Counted from the stretch's first letter, positions 24,879 to 33,978 are shown. The stretch is DNA of 64,000 bases from an uncultured delta proteobacterium (GCA_963713045.1 CAVQKE010000005.1:288001-352000); one strand, 5' to 3'. Made by a program: numbers and translations. The notes: a model not told the origin generated them from the letters alone.

Positions 24879-24894
24879 TGGCACTGGCATTGCT
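24879..24894 (+). promoter_or_regulatory. Sigma54 (-24/-12) promoter, copy 1
   Basis: TGGCAC-TGGCA-TTGCT matches the consensus TGGCAC-N5-TTGCW, with exact GG-N10-GC spacing. Confidence 0.9.
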
Positions 24895-25019
24895 CGCCCC
24901 TCATCACTCACAACGCGAGAAGCCGAAACCGGGGGCGGGGGACGGTTAGGCCGCACGAGGGGCGCGGTGACCGCCCGCCTTATCTCGGCGCTCGCAAGAC
25001 AGGCAAGGGAGAAGGGCAC

Positions 25020-26480
25020 ATGCATTCGACAGAATCATCAGCAGTGTACGGGCGTAAGACAGCGCTGAGCGGCTTCAATCCCAGCTGGCTTCTCGAGATG
25101 GCATTGGTCGCCGCACTCGCCATTTCGGTGCCCGCTTCGGCCGACACCGACAGCCACAGACTCTGGGGGACGGCAAACCATATGGTGACAGCACCGGCGG
25201 CATTTCTCTTAACAGCGACTCCAAGTCCAACCGAGCTACCCGCTTCAGTACTCAAGCTGGCCCGACCGATGACTAACTTGCCAGCCTCGACTGCCGCGAG
25301 CACAGGCCACAAGGCATACGGGGGCAAGCACGGTGGCGGCGGTAGCGGCGACAGCGCCGCAGGCGTGCCGGGAATTACCAGCATTCAGAACTGGACCGGG
25401 CAATTCACGGAGCCCGGCTATGACAACTATGGCAACCCGCAAAGCGTCTGGCCCTACGCGATAGTGGGTCAGCCGCCCGAGAAGGGAGGGACCACGACCA
25501 TCCATGCCCCGCTCATCCCCGTCATCGTCGACTTGCTGGACGCGAACGGCAACGTGGCCACGAGCAGTCAGGGTGTCCCTCTCACCTTCGACCCGACCCA
25601 AGTCGTCAAGCCGGTGCTGGATTCACCTGTGTTTCAACCCTGGCCCTACTATTCCGGCTTCACCCAGTTTGTGGACGGCCTTCAGCGCGCTGAATTTTGG
25701 GACCGTCTCCGGGACGACGACAAGGGACAGGATTGCGAGGATGGTTGGCATACGCTGTTTGAGCCGCACCGCAAGCCCACGCAACGGATGCAGATTCCGT
25801 ATGGCTCTTGGTACGTGGTGCTGAACGCCGATGGGAGTTGCTGCACCGCCGCGCTGGTGGATGTTGAGGCCTTCCTCGTCCAGCTCTACCCGTCCACCGT
25901 CCCGCAAACCCTCGGTACAGTTATCGGGTATGCAGAGCTAACCGGAGCGATGACGACCAAGGACATGACGACGTTTCTCTTCAACGACGTCTATCTGTAC
26001 GGTGGAAACGTCTCAAATTGCTGCTACCTTGGTTTCCATGACGTCGACCTCGAGGCGGACGCGCAGGGCAACTTTACCCTTTGGTACGTGTTCTCCTATG
26101 CCAGCTGGATTGGCAACACCTTCTTCACGGGTGGCTTCCAGGACATCACCGCCCTGAATCACGAGCTCTCCGAGGCGACGAACGACCCCTTTGTCCAGAT
26201 CATCCCCTACAACTGGACTCCCTGGTACCTGTCGCCCTCGGGGCTTTGCCAGAACAACCTCGAATCCGGTGACGCCATCGAGGGCCTCAACACAACACCG
26301 ACGTTTGCCCTCCAGATGAACGGCCGAACGTACCACCCGCAAAACATGGCCATGTTTCCGTGGTTCGCGTTCGAGTCGCCGTCTCCGGCCTTGAAGCACA
26401 CCTATAGCTTCCCGGACGAGACGACGCTCACCACGCTCTCGCCCCCGAACTTGCTGCCCAACTGCGTCCCCGGGCCCTAG
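25020..26480 (+). CDS. Secreted hypothetical protein with HExxE-T-x-D-P motif (possible metallo-protein)
   Basis: 41-aa leader ending VPASA|D, then 'CCYLGFH', 'HELSEATNDP' and 'CQNNLESGD'. Confidence 0.75.
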   Translation: MHSTESSAVYGRKTALSGFNPSWLLEMALVAALAISVPASADTDSHRLWGTANHMVTAPAAFLLTATPSPTELPASVLKLARPMTNLPASTAASTGHKAYGGKHGGGGSGDSAAGVPGITSIQNWTGQFTEPGYDNYGNPQSVWPYAIVGQPPEKGGTTTIHAPLIPVIVDLLDANGNVATSSQGVPLTFDPTQVVKPVLDSPVFQPWPYYSGFTQFVDGLQRAEFWDRLRDDDKGQDCEDGWHTLFEPHRKPTQRMQIPYGSWYVVLNADGSCCTAALVDVEAFLVQLYPSTVPQTLGTVIGYAELTGAMTTKDMTTFLFNDVYLYGGNVSNCCYLGFHDVDLEADAQGNFTLWYVFSYASWIGNTFFTGGFQDITALNHELSEATNDPFVQIIPYNWTPWYLSPSGLCQNNLESGDAIEGLNTTPTFALQMNGRTYHPQNMAMFPWFAFESPSPALKHTYSFPDETTLTTLSPPNLLPNCVPGP

Positions 26481-26490
26481 AGTAGACGTC

Positions 26491-26534
26491 GAGGACCCGC
26501 TTGGACGGAGTACGGGCGCGGTCCAAGCGTCCTC
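26491..26534. terminator. Stem-loop just after 25020..26480
   Basis: GAGGAC(CC)GCTTGGAC pairs with GTCCAAGCGTCCTC (14 bp, 2-nt bulge). There is no U-tract. Confidence 0.5.
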
Positions 26535-26741
26535 TGGCCACGAGAGGCCCCGGCATCGTCCCCGCGAAGACCGTGTTGGGCCGTTGGGTGGAAGGGTCGC
26601 ACCAAGGCGCCGCTCCGCGCCTCCCCCGAGGCCCCCTCGGCCATCCCATGTACGCGGGCGTTGTGCAGGTGACGGGGCCAAGTCCACCGCCGAAATCGCG
26701 CGTTGCGTCAGCGGTGTAGTTGAGCCCGTTGTCGGAGAGCC

Positions 26742-29700
26742 TCACCGCGCTGGGTTTGAGGCGGCAAGGCGCTGCCCATCGAGTGCCTCGCGTGCGAAGC
26801 GAGCGATGCGGAAGAACTCCCTGGATTTTGCCTCACGTTCCAACCTGACTAACCGCGCGTGGCCTTGAGTGGGATGCGCTCGGAGTTCCACTTCACCCAG
26901 TGCAAGGGCGATCTCGAAAGCCATTGCCATCGCGCCCTGGCTTTCCGCATTGGCCAACGCAACACGGAGCTCTGCAGTGGACTTGGCGGTCCCACCCAGA
27001 GCGGCCCGGATGCGCATGAGGTAGACGTTCGCGAGACTTCGCTCGACGTACCCGCCCAGCTGCCGCGCCTCCGCGAGCGCTTCGACGGCTAGTTTTTCTC
27101 CTCCGGGAAGGTCGCCGGCGAGGTATCGGCACTTCGCGAGCCGTAGATTCCTTGCGAGCACCTGAGCGGTACCCGCTCCATCCGGGGGAGGATGTTGGGT
27201 TAGGCAATCCACGCCTTCTTGCGGACGCCCTTCATCACAGGCTATCTCGCAAAGGATAGCTTGGAAGCTCGGCGCATCCGACAGAAGGCTTGAAAGCTGC
27301 TGCATTCCGATGACCTTTTCCAAGCTCTGCCGTGCTTCTGGCAGTCGGTCCTGCTCTCTCAAGGCAGCAAACTCTATTCCGACGGCTGGGTCATCGATTC
27401 CCTCCTGATGATGCGAAGGGTCGATTCGCAACAGATGGAGGGCATTCCGCACGCCCCCCATGTCTCCCATCTGCAGCGCCAAGTCGGCTTTTCCCTTCTG
27501 GTAGAAGGCGCCCGGCCCCTCGTCCATGGCCTCTGACTCGGACAAGCTCTCCTGCAGTTTCGCAGCCGCTCGCTTGTAGTCGCCAGAGTGGATCAGACTC
27601 CCTGCCTCTGCGTTCAGAACCTCCCGTAGGGCCCGATGATTGCCGAGCTTGCGGAGTAGCGCGGCATTCTCCTCAAGCGCCTTTCGCACCGTGCTCGTCG
27701 GAAGGTATTGTATCATCAAAAATGCTCGCCAATTCTGGGCCAGAGCGAGCGTCGGCAAATCGCCAATCTCCTTTAAGAGGGCAACCGCCTGGTCGAATGG
27801 GCCCATCGCCTCAGCTCCGCGGCCCTTCCCTTGCCAGAGCATCCACGCCTCAACGAGGTAGGCATCGGCCGCCTCGCCTCGAGCCCCGAGTGCCTTTGCA
27901 CGAGCCTTCAGTCGTGCAACTAGCTCCTCGGCGTGTTTGAAATCGCCCAGTTGCCAAGCGTTGAAGGCCTCTGCACCCTCGACACGCGAGTCGGCCTGGG
28001 CACTCGGGCTGTGCTCCCGGAGGCGGCCGAGAATGGCCGCCCCAGTCTTGGGCGGAGCCTCGCTCACGATGCGGATTGCCAGCTCGACATCGTCTGGTGT
28101 GGCGTCGAAGAGGGCAGTCAGGGCCTCCGTTCCCTTTTCAGGCTCGGGACCTAGGCTCAATATTCTCCCCTCGGTTTCCGCGAGCTGTCGCGGCGTGAGG
28201 CCGCCTGGACGCGCGCGAATTCGGTCGGCGACCTCTCGCGCCTTTTTCTTGTTTCCCTCCAGGTCCCAAATCTCGCCGAGACGGCGTTGGGCATCCATGA
28301 AGCTCCCGTCGGTCGCAAGTGCAGCCTGGAAATAACTCCAGGCGTTTTCGTATTCGAAGCTCCTTAGACGCACGAGGCCTTGCGCATAGGCGCGCGCGGC
28401 GGACAGGTTTCGGGGTCGGACGGCCGCCAGTGCAGTCGCCTGGCTCTGCGAAAGAGAAACGCCCAGCTTCTGGCGGAGGCGTTCGGCGAGGCTGGAGGCT
28501 TTGTCGGCCCAGGCCTGTCCACTCTCGCCAAGGTCCTCTTCGAAGGAGGCAAGCTCCCGCCCCGAGGCGCCGTCAATCATTTTCAGGGAAAGCCCGACGG
28601 ACGCCGGATTTTCCGCCGCCGGCTTCAACGTCCCGTAGATGAGGACATCCGCGACAAGGAGGCCCTGCATCCGTGTCTGCACGGTTTCCTCGGAGACGGC
28701 GTTCTCAGAAACTCCGAGTGAGCGCCGGACCTGTACGACTCTGTCGCCGGGGACGACGCGCAGTGAAGTTTCCGCCGCTGCGAGCTCCCGCCCGAGGTCT
28801 TCGGCAACGGCTGTCGGAAGCCACGCCGACTCGGCGGACACCAACTCGTTGCGAAAGCCCAGCAGGGCAACCGCCCGTCGGAGGGTCGAGGCGACGGTGG
28901 TTCGGGAGGGCTTTGTCGGGCGAAGGGTAGGAAGCTTCCCGGCGACAGAGAAAGCGGCGAGCACCGCCGCAAGCAGGACGGCGCCGACGGAAGCCCAGCG
29001 CGGCCAGCGTCGACGCGGCCGCTCGAGCTCCGGGAGGATGTCCAAAGCGCTCTTGAAGCGCCGCTCCGGCTCCCGGGCCAGGCAGCGTAGGACCGTGCTG
29101 CTCCATCTCCCGTCGAGTCCCGGCGTGGTCGCCTCGGGGCTCGGGGGCGCCTCCCTCAGGCGCTTAGCAGCCGTGACGAGCGGCGTATCGCCGGTAAAGG
29201 GCAGCTTGCCCGTTACCATCTCGTACAGGACGACGCCCAGCGCGTAGATGTCCGTAGCCTTTGTCACCGGCTCACCGGAGACTTGCTCCGGCGCCATGTA
29301 CTCAGGGGTTCCGAGGATGCCGTTACCCCCCGTCAGCGGCTCGCTCGCCGCGTCCGTGCTGCGAGCGTGAAGCGCCAGCGCAATGCCGAAGTCCGTGATG
29401 ACGACACGGGCGGATGAGGTCGACTCACCCGAGCCTTCTCCGCTGGCGACGAGCATTACATTGCCGCTCTTGAAGTCTCGGTGAATGACACCTTCGGCAT
29501 GGGCCGCCGCGAGCCCGTCGCACAGCTGCCGCACCAGCGGGAGTGCCTCGGCTGTGGTCAGCCGCCCCGCCCGCGCGAGGCGTTGGCTCAGGGTCTCTCC
29601 GTCCAAGAGTTGCATCGTGAGGAAGTGAATGGGCACCCCGGCCGCGGTCGTCCCGTCATAGAGCTCGTAGACGCGGCACACGTTGGGGTGGCTCACCCGA

Positions 29701-30131
29701 CGGGCGAGCAACACTTCGCGCCGGAAGCGCTCCATGGCCGTCGCGTCGGTGGCGATGCGGCCCCGTATCACTTTGAGCGCCACCCCTGAACGCAGCTTGA
29801 CGTCACTCGCTTCGTAAACGGCCCCCATCCCGCCCTGGGCGATGAAGCGGAGAATCGTGAACCGGCCAGCGAGCAACTCGCCAGGCGTCAACCGCGGGTT
29901 GTCGGCGTCCTCGACACAGGCCAAAGCCCGGGAACCCGTGCTCGACTCCGGCTCCAAGCCAGCCGGCTTCGGGAGAAGCAACGTCGACTCGTCGGGCGTT
30001 TGACGAGCGGCGCCGCGAGCTCCCAACGCGGGGTTCGCGTCTTCAACGCCGGCGACTTTATCGACGTGGCTGTCCCCCTCACCACCCATGCCTGTGCACA
30101 GTACCTGAAAGGTCTCAGTGGGACCCGTCAT
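26742..30131 (-). CDS. Membrane Ser/Thr protein kinase with large extracytoplasmic TPR region
   Basis: Kinase motifs 'QGGMGAVY', 'VALK', 'HRDFKSGN', 'DFG' and 'GTPEYMAPE', one TM segment 'WASVGAVLLAAVLAAFSV', then long TPR-like helical repeats. Confidence 0.92.
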   Translation of the reverse strand: MTGPTETFQVLCTGMGGEGDSHVDKVAGVEDANPALGARGAARQTPDESTLLLPKPAGLEPESSTGSRALACVEDADNPRLTPGELLAGRFTILRFIAQGGMGAVYEASDVKLRSGVALKVIRGRIATDATAMERFRREVLLARRVSHPNVCRVYELYDGTTAAGVPIHFLTMQLLDGETLSQRLARAGRLTTAEALPLVRQLCDGLAAAHAEGVIHRDFKSGNVMLVASGEGSGESTSSARVVITDFGIALALHARSTDAASEPLTGGNGILGTPEYMAPEQVSGEPVTKATDIYALGVVLYEMVTGKLPFTGDTPLVTAAKRLREAPPSPEATTPGLDGRWSSTVLRCLAREPERRFKSALDILPELERPRRRWPRWASVGAVLLAAVLAAFSVAGKLPTLRPTKPSRTTVASTLRRAVALLGFRNELVSAESAWLPTAVAEDLGRELAAAETSLRVVPGDRVVQVRRSLGVSENAVSEETVQTRMQGLLVADVLIYGTLKPAAENPASVGLSLKMIDGASGRELASFEEDLGESGQAWADKASSLAERLRQKLGVSLSQSQATALAAVRPRNLSAARAYAQGLVRLRSFEYENAWSYFQAALATDGSFMDAQRRLGEIWDLEGNKKKAREVADRIRARPGGLTPRQLAETEGRILSLGPEPEKGTEALTALFDATPDDVELAIRIVSEAPPKTGAAILGRLREHSPSAQADSRVEGAEAFNAWQLGDFKHAEELVARLKARAKALGARGEAADAYLVEAWMLWQGKGRGAEAMGPFDQAVALLKEIGDLPTLALAQNWRAFLMIQYLPTSTVRKALEENAALLRKLGNHRALREVLNAEAGSLIHSGDYKRAAAKLQESLSESEAMDEGPGAFYQKGKADLALQMGDMGGVRNALHLLRIDPSHHQEGIDDPAVGIEFAALREQDRLPEARQSLEKVIGMQQLSSLLSDAPSFQAILCEIACDEGRPQEGVDCLTQHPPPDGAGTAQVLARNLRLAKCRYLAGDLPGGEKLAVEALAEARQLGGYVERSLANVYLMRIRAALGGTAKSTAELRVALANAESQGAMAMAFEIALALGEVELRAHPTQGHARLVRLEREAKSREFFRIARFAREALDGQRLAASNPAR

Positions 30132-30260
30132 GCCAACACGCGGAAAGAATTCGTGCTCCCTTCATGGGAGGCGACGGGGACAGTGTCCTGAGCGCCCCTC
30201 AATCAACGACAGCGGCGCGGCAGAGAAATGCTGTAGCTTCCCGGGCTTCTGGGTGTCGCC

Positions 30261-31991
30261 ATGCAATCGGAACCTGACCCGGAGACCCTGCGGCTGGCAC
30301 GGGCGGTGGAAGAGCCGCCGCACGGCCTGTGCGTGTTGGCTCTCTGGGACGAGGAGCATGTCACCTTCCCACTCCCCGACCGGGGAAGCGTCACCGTCGG
30401 GCGGACCGAGGGCGTGGACGTCCGGCTCGGGGACCAGGCCATCTCTCGTCAGCACATCAAATTCCATGTCAGTGAGCTGCTGCACGTGGAGGACCTGAGC
30501 AGCGCCAATGGCACGCGCGTCCGCGGACGTTTGTTGAAGTCCGGCGAGACTGTCGAGGTGAACCCCGGCGACACCATCGAGCTCGGGCGGACGCTGCTCG
30601 TCATCCAGCGCTCGGCTGGTCCGACGCGTTCATTTCGCATTTACGCGCACGACTATTTCGACGCACGGGTCGACGACGAGTGCGCCCGGGCAGAGCGCGG
30701 CGGGGTGTACTTTGTTGTGGTGCGAGTGCACGACGGCGGTCTGCCCCGTGCACTGGTACAGCAGCGTTTGGCGGCAGCGGTCCGGCCGGGCGACGTCGTG
30801 GCCGCCTACGGGCCGTCCGAGCACGAGCTCCTGTTGGTGGACTGCGAAGCTCGCCTGGCAGAGCAGCGCGTAGCATCGCTGCTCGCGTCGCTTCAGCCAC
30901 TGTCTCCGTCCGCAGCGGTTGGCTTTGCGTGCAGCCCGCGCGATGGCCGCACCTCAGCCTCGCTGCTCGAGGTGGCCAATGCAGCCGTCCGGGGCATCAA
31001 CCTCGACCAGCAGACGCCCCCCGTCGGATTGTCCGATGGGACGATGGAAAGTCTTCGGCGCGTTGTCGAGCGCATCGCCGGGGGCTCCATCAGCGTTCTG
31101 ATCACCGGGGAGACAGGTGTCGGCAAAGGGCTGTTAGCAAAGGAGCTGCACCGCAAGTCCTCGAGAGCGTCGAATGCCTTCGTGGCGCTCAACTGCGCTG
31201 AGCTTCCGGAGTCCCTGCTCGAAGCAGAACTCTTTGGCTACCAGAAGGGCGCCTTCACTGGAGCAGTTCAGGCCAAGGCTGGACTCATCGAAACAGCGCA
31301 TGGGGGGACGCTGCTCCTCGACGAGATTGGCGACATGCCACTTGCGACGCAGGCAAAGTTGCTTCGGGTGCTCGAAGACCACGAGGTGCGTCGCATTGGG
31401 AGCTTGCATCCACGACACGTCGACTTGCGCGTCGTGGCGTGCACCAACCGGGACCTCAAAGAGGAGTCCGAGCGCGGCGCTTTCCGGTGGGACTTGTATT
31501 TTCGGCTCGCTGGAATCTCGTTGGCGGTGCCCCCTTTGCGGGAGCGTGCCGCAGAGATTGAAGGACTAGCACGTGCGTTCCTCGAGCAAGCCGGACATTC
31601 CGGAGGGCGAGCGAGCGCCCCAATCCTCGCCCCCGAGGCCTTGGCGGCGCTGCATCGCTACTCGTGGCCGGGCAACGTCCGCGAGCTGCGCAATGTCATC
31701 GAGCGAGCAGTGCTGCTTTCTCAAGACGGAGTCATTCGGTCCGAGCACCTCCCGGTCGACCGCCTGCGCACCACCGTGTACCCCGCTTCCGTCCCAGGGC
31801 CGAGCGCTCGCGGTGCCGAGTCCGCGGAAGGCAAGCTAGACGACAGCAAGCGGCAGCGGATTCTGGAGGCACTGGCGACCTGTGGCGGGAATCAGAGCCG
31901 CGCCGCGAAGCGCCTGGGGATTTCCCGGCGCACCCTTGTGACGTGGCTCAAGGACTCTGGGCTGCCTCGGCCTCGCAAATCCGGGGCATGA
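30261..31991 (+). CDS. Sigma54 enhancer-binding protein: FHA + degenerate GGDEF-like + AAA+ + Fis HTH
   Basis: FHA 'VGR..ISRQH..EDLSSANGT', Walker A 'GETGVGK', 'GAFTGA', 'LDEIGDM', 'WPGNVRELRN' and HTH 'GNQSRAAKRLGISRRTL'. Confidence 0.95.
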   Translation: MQSEPDPETLRLARAVEEPPHGLCVLALWDEEHVTFPLPDRGSVTVGRTEGVDVRLGDQAISRQHIKFHVSELLHVEDLSSANGTRVRGRLLKSGETVEVNPGDTIELGRTLLVIQRSAGPTRSFRIYAHDYFDARVDDECARAERGGVYFVVVRVHDGGLPRALVQQRLAAAVRPGDVVAAYGPSEHELLLVDCEARLAEQRVASLLASLQPLSPSAAVGFACSPRDGRTSASLLEVANAAVRGINLDQQTPPVGLSDGTMESLRRVVERIAGGSISVLITGETGVGKGLLAKELHRKSSRASNAFVALNCAELPESLLEAELFGYQKGAFTGAVQAKAGLIETAHGGTLLLDEIGDMPLATQAKLLRVLEDHEVRRIGSLHPRHVDLRVVACTNRDLKEESERGAFRWDLYFRLAGISLAVPPLRERAAEIEGLARAFLEQAGHSGGRASAPILAPEALAALHRYSWPGNVRELRNVIERAVLLSQDGVIRSEHLPVDRLRTTVYPASVPGPSARGAESAEGKLDDSKRQRILEALATCGGNQSRAAKRLGISRRTLVTWLKDSGLPRPRKSGA

Positions 31992-31998
31992 GCGGCGT

Positions 31999-32038
31999 TG
32001 CGCTAAATGCGCAGCTGAGTCGTTGCGCAGATTGAGCA
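31999..32038. promoter_or_regulatory. Twin palindromic upstream activator sites, copy 2
   Basis: TGCGC-TAAAT-GCGCA (31999-32013) and TGCGC-AGATT-GAGCA (32024-32038). Confidence 0.7.
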
Positions 32039-32089
32039 GCGCGGGCGGCCCTGGCCGCGGAACGACCCGATTTAACGGGGCGCCTCGCC

Positions 32090-32105
32090 TGGCACTGTCG
32101 TTGCT
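32090..32105 (+). promoter_or_regulatory. Sigma54 (-24/-12) promoter, copy 2
   Basis: TGGCAC-TGTCG-TTGCT, directly downstream of the activator gene. Confidence 0.9.
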
Positions 32106-32231
32106 CGCCCGTCATTGCTCACAGCGCGAGAAGCCGAAATCCAAGGGAGACGCTTCGCACAATGCGGGGACCGCTGTCGGATTCAGCCCGATCTTTTTCG
32201 GCGCTCGCAAGACAGGCAGGGAGAACGGCAC

Positions 32232-33383
32232 ATGCATTCGACAGAATCATCGGTTGTGTACGGACGTAAGACGGCGCTGAGCGGCTTCAACCCCAGCTGG
32301 CTTCTCGAGATGGCTTTGGTCGCCGCGCTCACCACTTCGGTGCCAGCTTCAGCTGAAGCCGACAGCCGATTTATCGAATTCGACGTCCCGGCCGCAGGCA
32401 CCGCTGCCTACCAAGGCACCACCGGCATCGGCATCAACGGACGCGGCGAGACAATTGGCTACTACTTGGACGCGAATTTTGTGTACCACGCCCTCCTGCG
32501 CGCATGCGACGGAACCATCACCTCGTTCGACCCCCCGGGCAGCCAGGTCACCCTCGCCTATGGCCTCACGGAGCAAGGGGTCATCGCGGGAATCTTTCAT
32601 GATGCGAACGACGTTCATCACGGTTTCATCCGGGCTGCCGACGGCAGCTTCACCGACGTAAACGCGCCGGGCGCGGCTACGGGTGCAGGCCAGGGAACTC
32701 TTGCCTGGAGCATCGACGCTCGCGGAGAGGTCTTCGGAACCTACTTTGACGAAAACGGAGCTTGGCATGGCTACCTACGCGCGCCGGCCGGCACCTTCAC
32801 GACGTTTGACGCGCCAGGGGCAGGCACCGGTGCTGGCCAGGGCACCTACGCCTCCAGCTTCGACGGCAACAACGCACAAGAGGCAGTCGGCTCGGTTGTA
32901 GATGCCAACAACGTGGGTCACGGCTTCCGACGCGCGGCCGCCGGCGAGTTCACGACGTTTGACGCGCCAGAGGCAGGCGCTGGTGCCGGTCAGGGGACGT
33001 TTGTCGACGGCGTCAACGCCGAGGGGGTCATCATCGGAGGGGCGATTGATGCGGACAACGTGGCCCACGGCTTTCAGCGGGCGGCCGACGGCAAATTCAG
33101 CAGTTTTGACGTCGCGGGGGCGGGTACAGCTGCCGGCCAGGGCACATTTCCCCAGAACATCAACCGCGAGGATGCCATCACTGGATACACCGTTGATTCG
33201 AACAATGCGGCTCACGGCTTTTTACGCGCTCCTGACGGCAGGACCGTCACATTCGACGCTCCGTCCGCGGGCACGGGTGCCGGTCAGGGGACATTTGCAA
33301 CAAGCAACAACGCCGAGGGCGCCATCACGGGAGCAGTCACGGACGCGAACAACGTGAGCCACGGCTTCCTGCGCAGAGAGTAA
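32232..33383 (+). CDS. Secreted repeat protein (FDAPGAGTGAGQGT / IN / HGFLR repeats, probable 7-bladed beta-propeller)
   Basis: Same 41-aa leader as 25020..26480, then about seven ~49-aa repeats. Start at ATG 32232. Confidence 0.85.
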   Translation: MHSTESSVVYGRKTALSGFNPSWLLEMALVAALTTSVPASAEADSRFIEFDVPAAGTAAYQGTTGIGINGRGETIGYYLDANFVYHALLRACDGTITSFDPPGSQVTLAYGLTEQGVIAGIFHDANDVHHGFIRAADGSFTDVNAPGAATGAGQGTLAWSIDARGEVFGTYFDENGAWHGYLRAPAGTFTTFDAPGAGTGAGQGTYASSFDGNNAQEAVGSVVDANNVGHGFRRAAAGEFTTFDAPEAGAGAGQGTFVDGVNAEGVIIGGAIDADNVAHGFQRAADGKFSSFDVAGAGTAAGQGTFPQNINREDAITGYTVDSNNAAHGFLRAPDGRTVTFDAPSAGTGAGQGTFATSNNAEGAITGAVTDANNVSHGFLRRE

Positions 33384-33393
33384 GTTCGGCGCG

Positions 33394-33454
33394 TCGCCAA
33401 GGGACTGGCTTCGGAGGTCGCCATTCGTCGCGTTGCCGAAGCGCCCCTTGGCGA
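33394..33454. terminator. Stem-loop just after 32232..33383
   Basis: Outer stem TCGCCAAGGG/CCCTTGGCGA and inner stem GCTTCGG/CCGAAGC. A T-rich stretch follows about 15 nt later. Confidence 0.5.
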
Positions 33455-33555
33455 ACCCGCGGGCCTCCTGTTTTGTTATTATTGGGTCAGCAGATTGCCA
33501 TAGACGCCTTCCAGTCCCGTATTCCTCGCCCTTCTTGTCGCCTAGCTCGTTCGAT

Positions 33556-33978
33556 TTGCTTCGTTTTCTTCCAGGCAGCGGTTTCGGGCTCTCGCTTCTC
33601 CGGTATTTCTCGACGCGCGGCGGTTCTGCTGCTCGCGTGTCCAAGGGCGGCTGCTCGGGCGCGACTGCGCGTCCTGAGCGGCCCGTCACTCGCGGATGAC
33701 CCGCGTTCCCTTCCAGCCAACGACACCCCGGACGAGCGAAAGCATCTGCTCCTCCCTGCCCGCCGGCACAGTGTACCTCGCATAGAAGCCCCACCCGCGT
33801 CGTTCGTCGACCCAGGCATACGCGACGTCGAGCCGGTCGGCCGCGAGACGGATTTGCAGCTCCTCGCAGGCGAACCGCAAGTGACCGTCGGAGCAAGTCC
33901 CGAGCATCGCGGCGGGAAGGGGCACGCCGCGGGTCGGATACCGCTCGAGGGCCTTCCGGAGGAAGTCCACGTCAATCG
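33556..33978. repeat. Direct repeat R, copy 2
   Basis: Partner of 23741-24216, with small internal deletions. Confidence 0.95.
33686..33978 (-). pseudogene. 5'-truncated copy of the 23924..24409 gene
   Basis: Three amino-acid differences over the shared C-terminal part. The signal peptide and N-terminal ~65 aa are absent. Confidence 0.8.

Larger units (their letters stand above)
24699..25155 (+). repeat. Direct repeat P, copy 1: activator 3' remnant + UAS + sigma54 promoter + leader peptide (partner 31910-32367)
   Basis: High identity by eye, except for a divergent 5'-UTR middle (about 24930-24985 vs 32140-32198). Confidence 0.95.
31910..32367 (+). repeat. Direct repeat P, copy 2
   Basis: Partner of 24699-25155. 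Confidence 0.95.

Noticed and set aside
25068..25100. 'SGFNPSWLLE' in the shared leader as a prepilin cleavage site
   Set aside because: The Glu is at +8 rather than +5 and the residues after GF are polar. An AxA signal peptidase I site fits better.
26481..26540. Post-gene hairpins as integron attC sites
   Set aside because: They lack RYYYAAC/GTTRRRY ends, and there is no integron integrase in the window.
32360..33380. Periodic DNA repeats that could be mistaken for a CRISPR array
   Set aside because: They are degenerate in-frame protein repeats. There are no identical repeats with unique spacers and no cas genes.
33509..33531. tRNA-3'-end-like string (ttccagtcccgtattcctcgccc) just before repeat R2
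   Set aside because: The geometry fits, but the T-stem does not pair, it ends CCC, and there is no upstream tRNA body.
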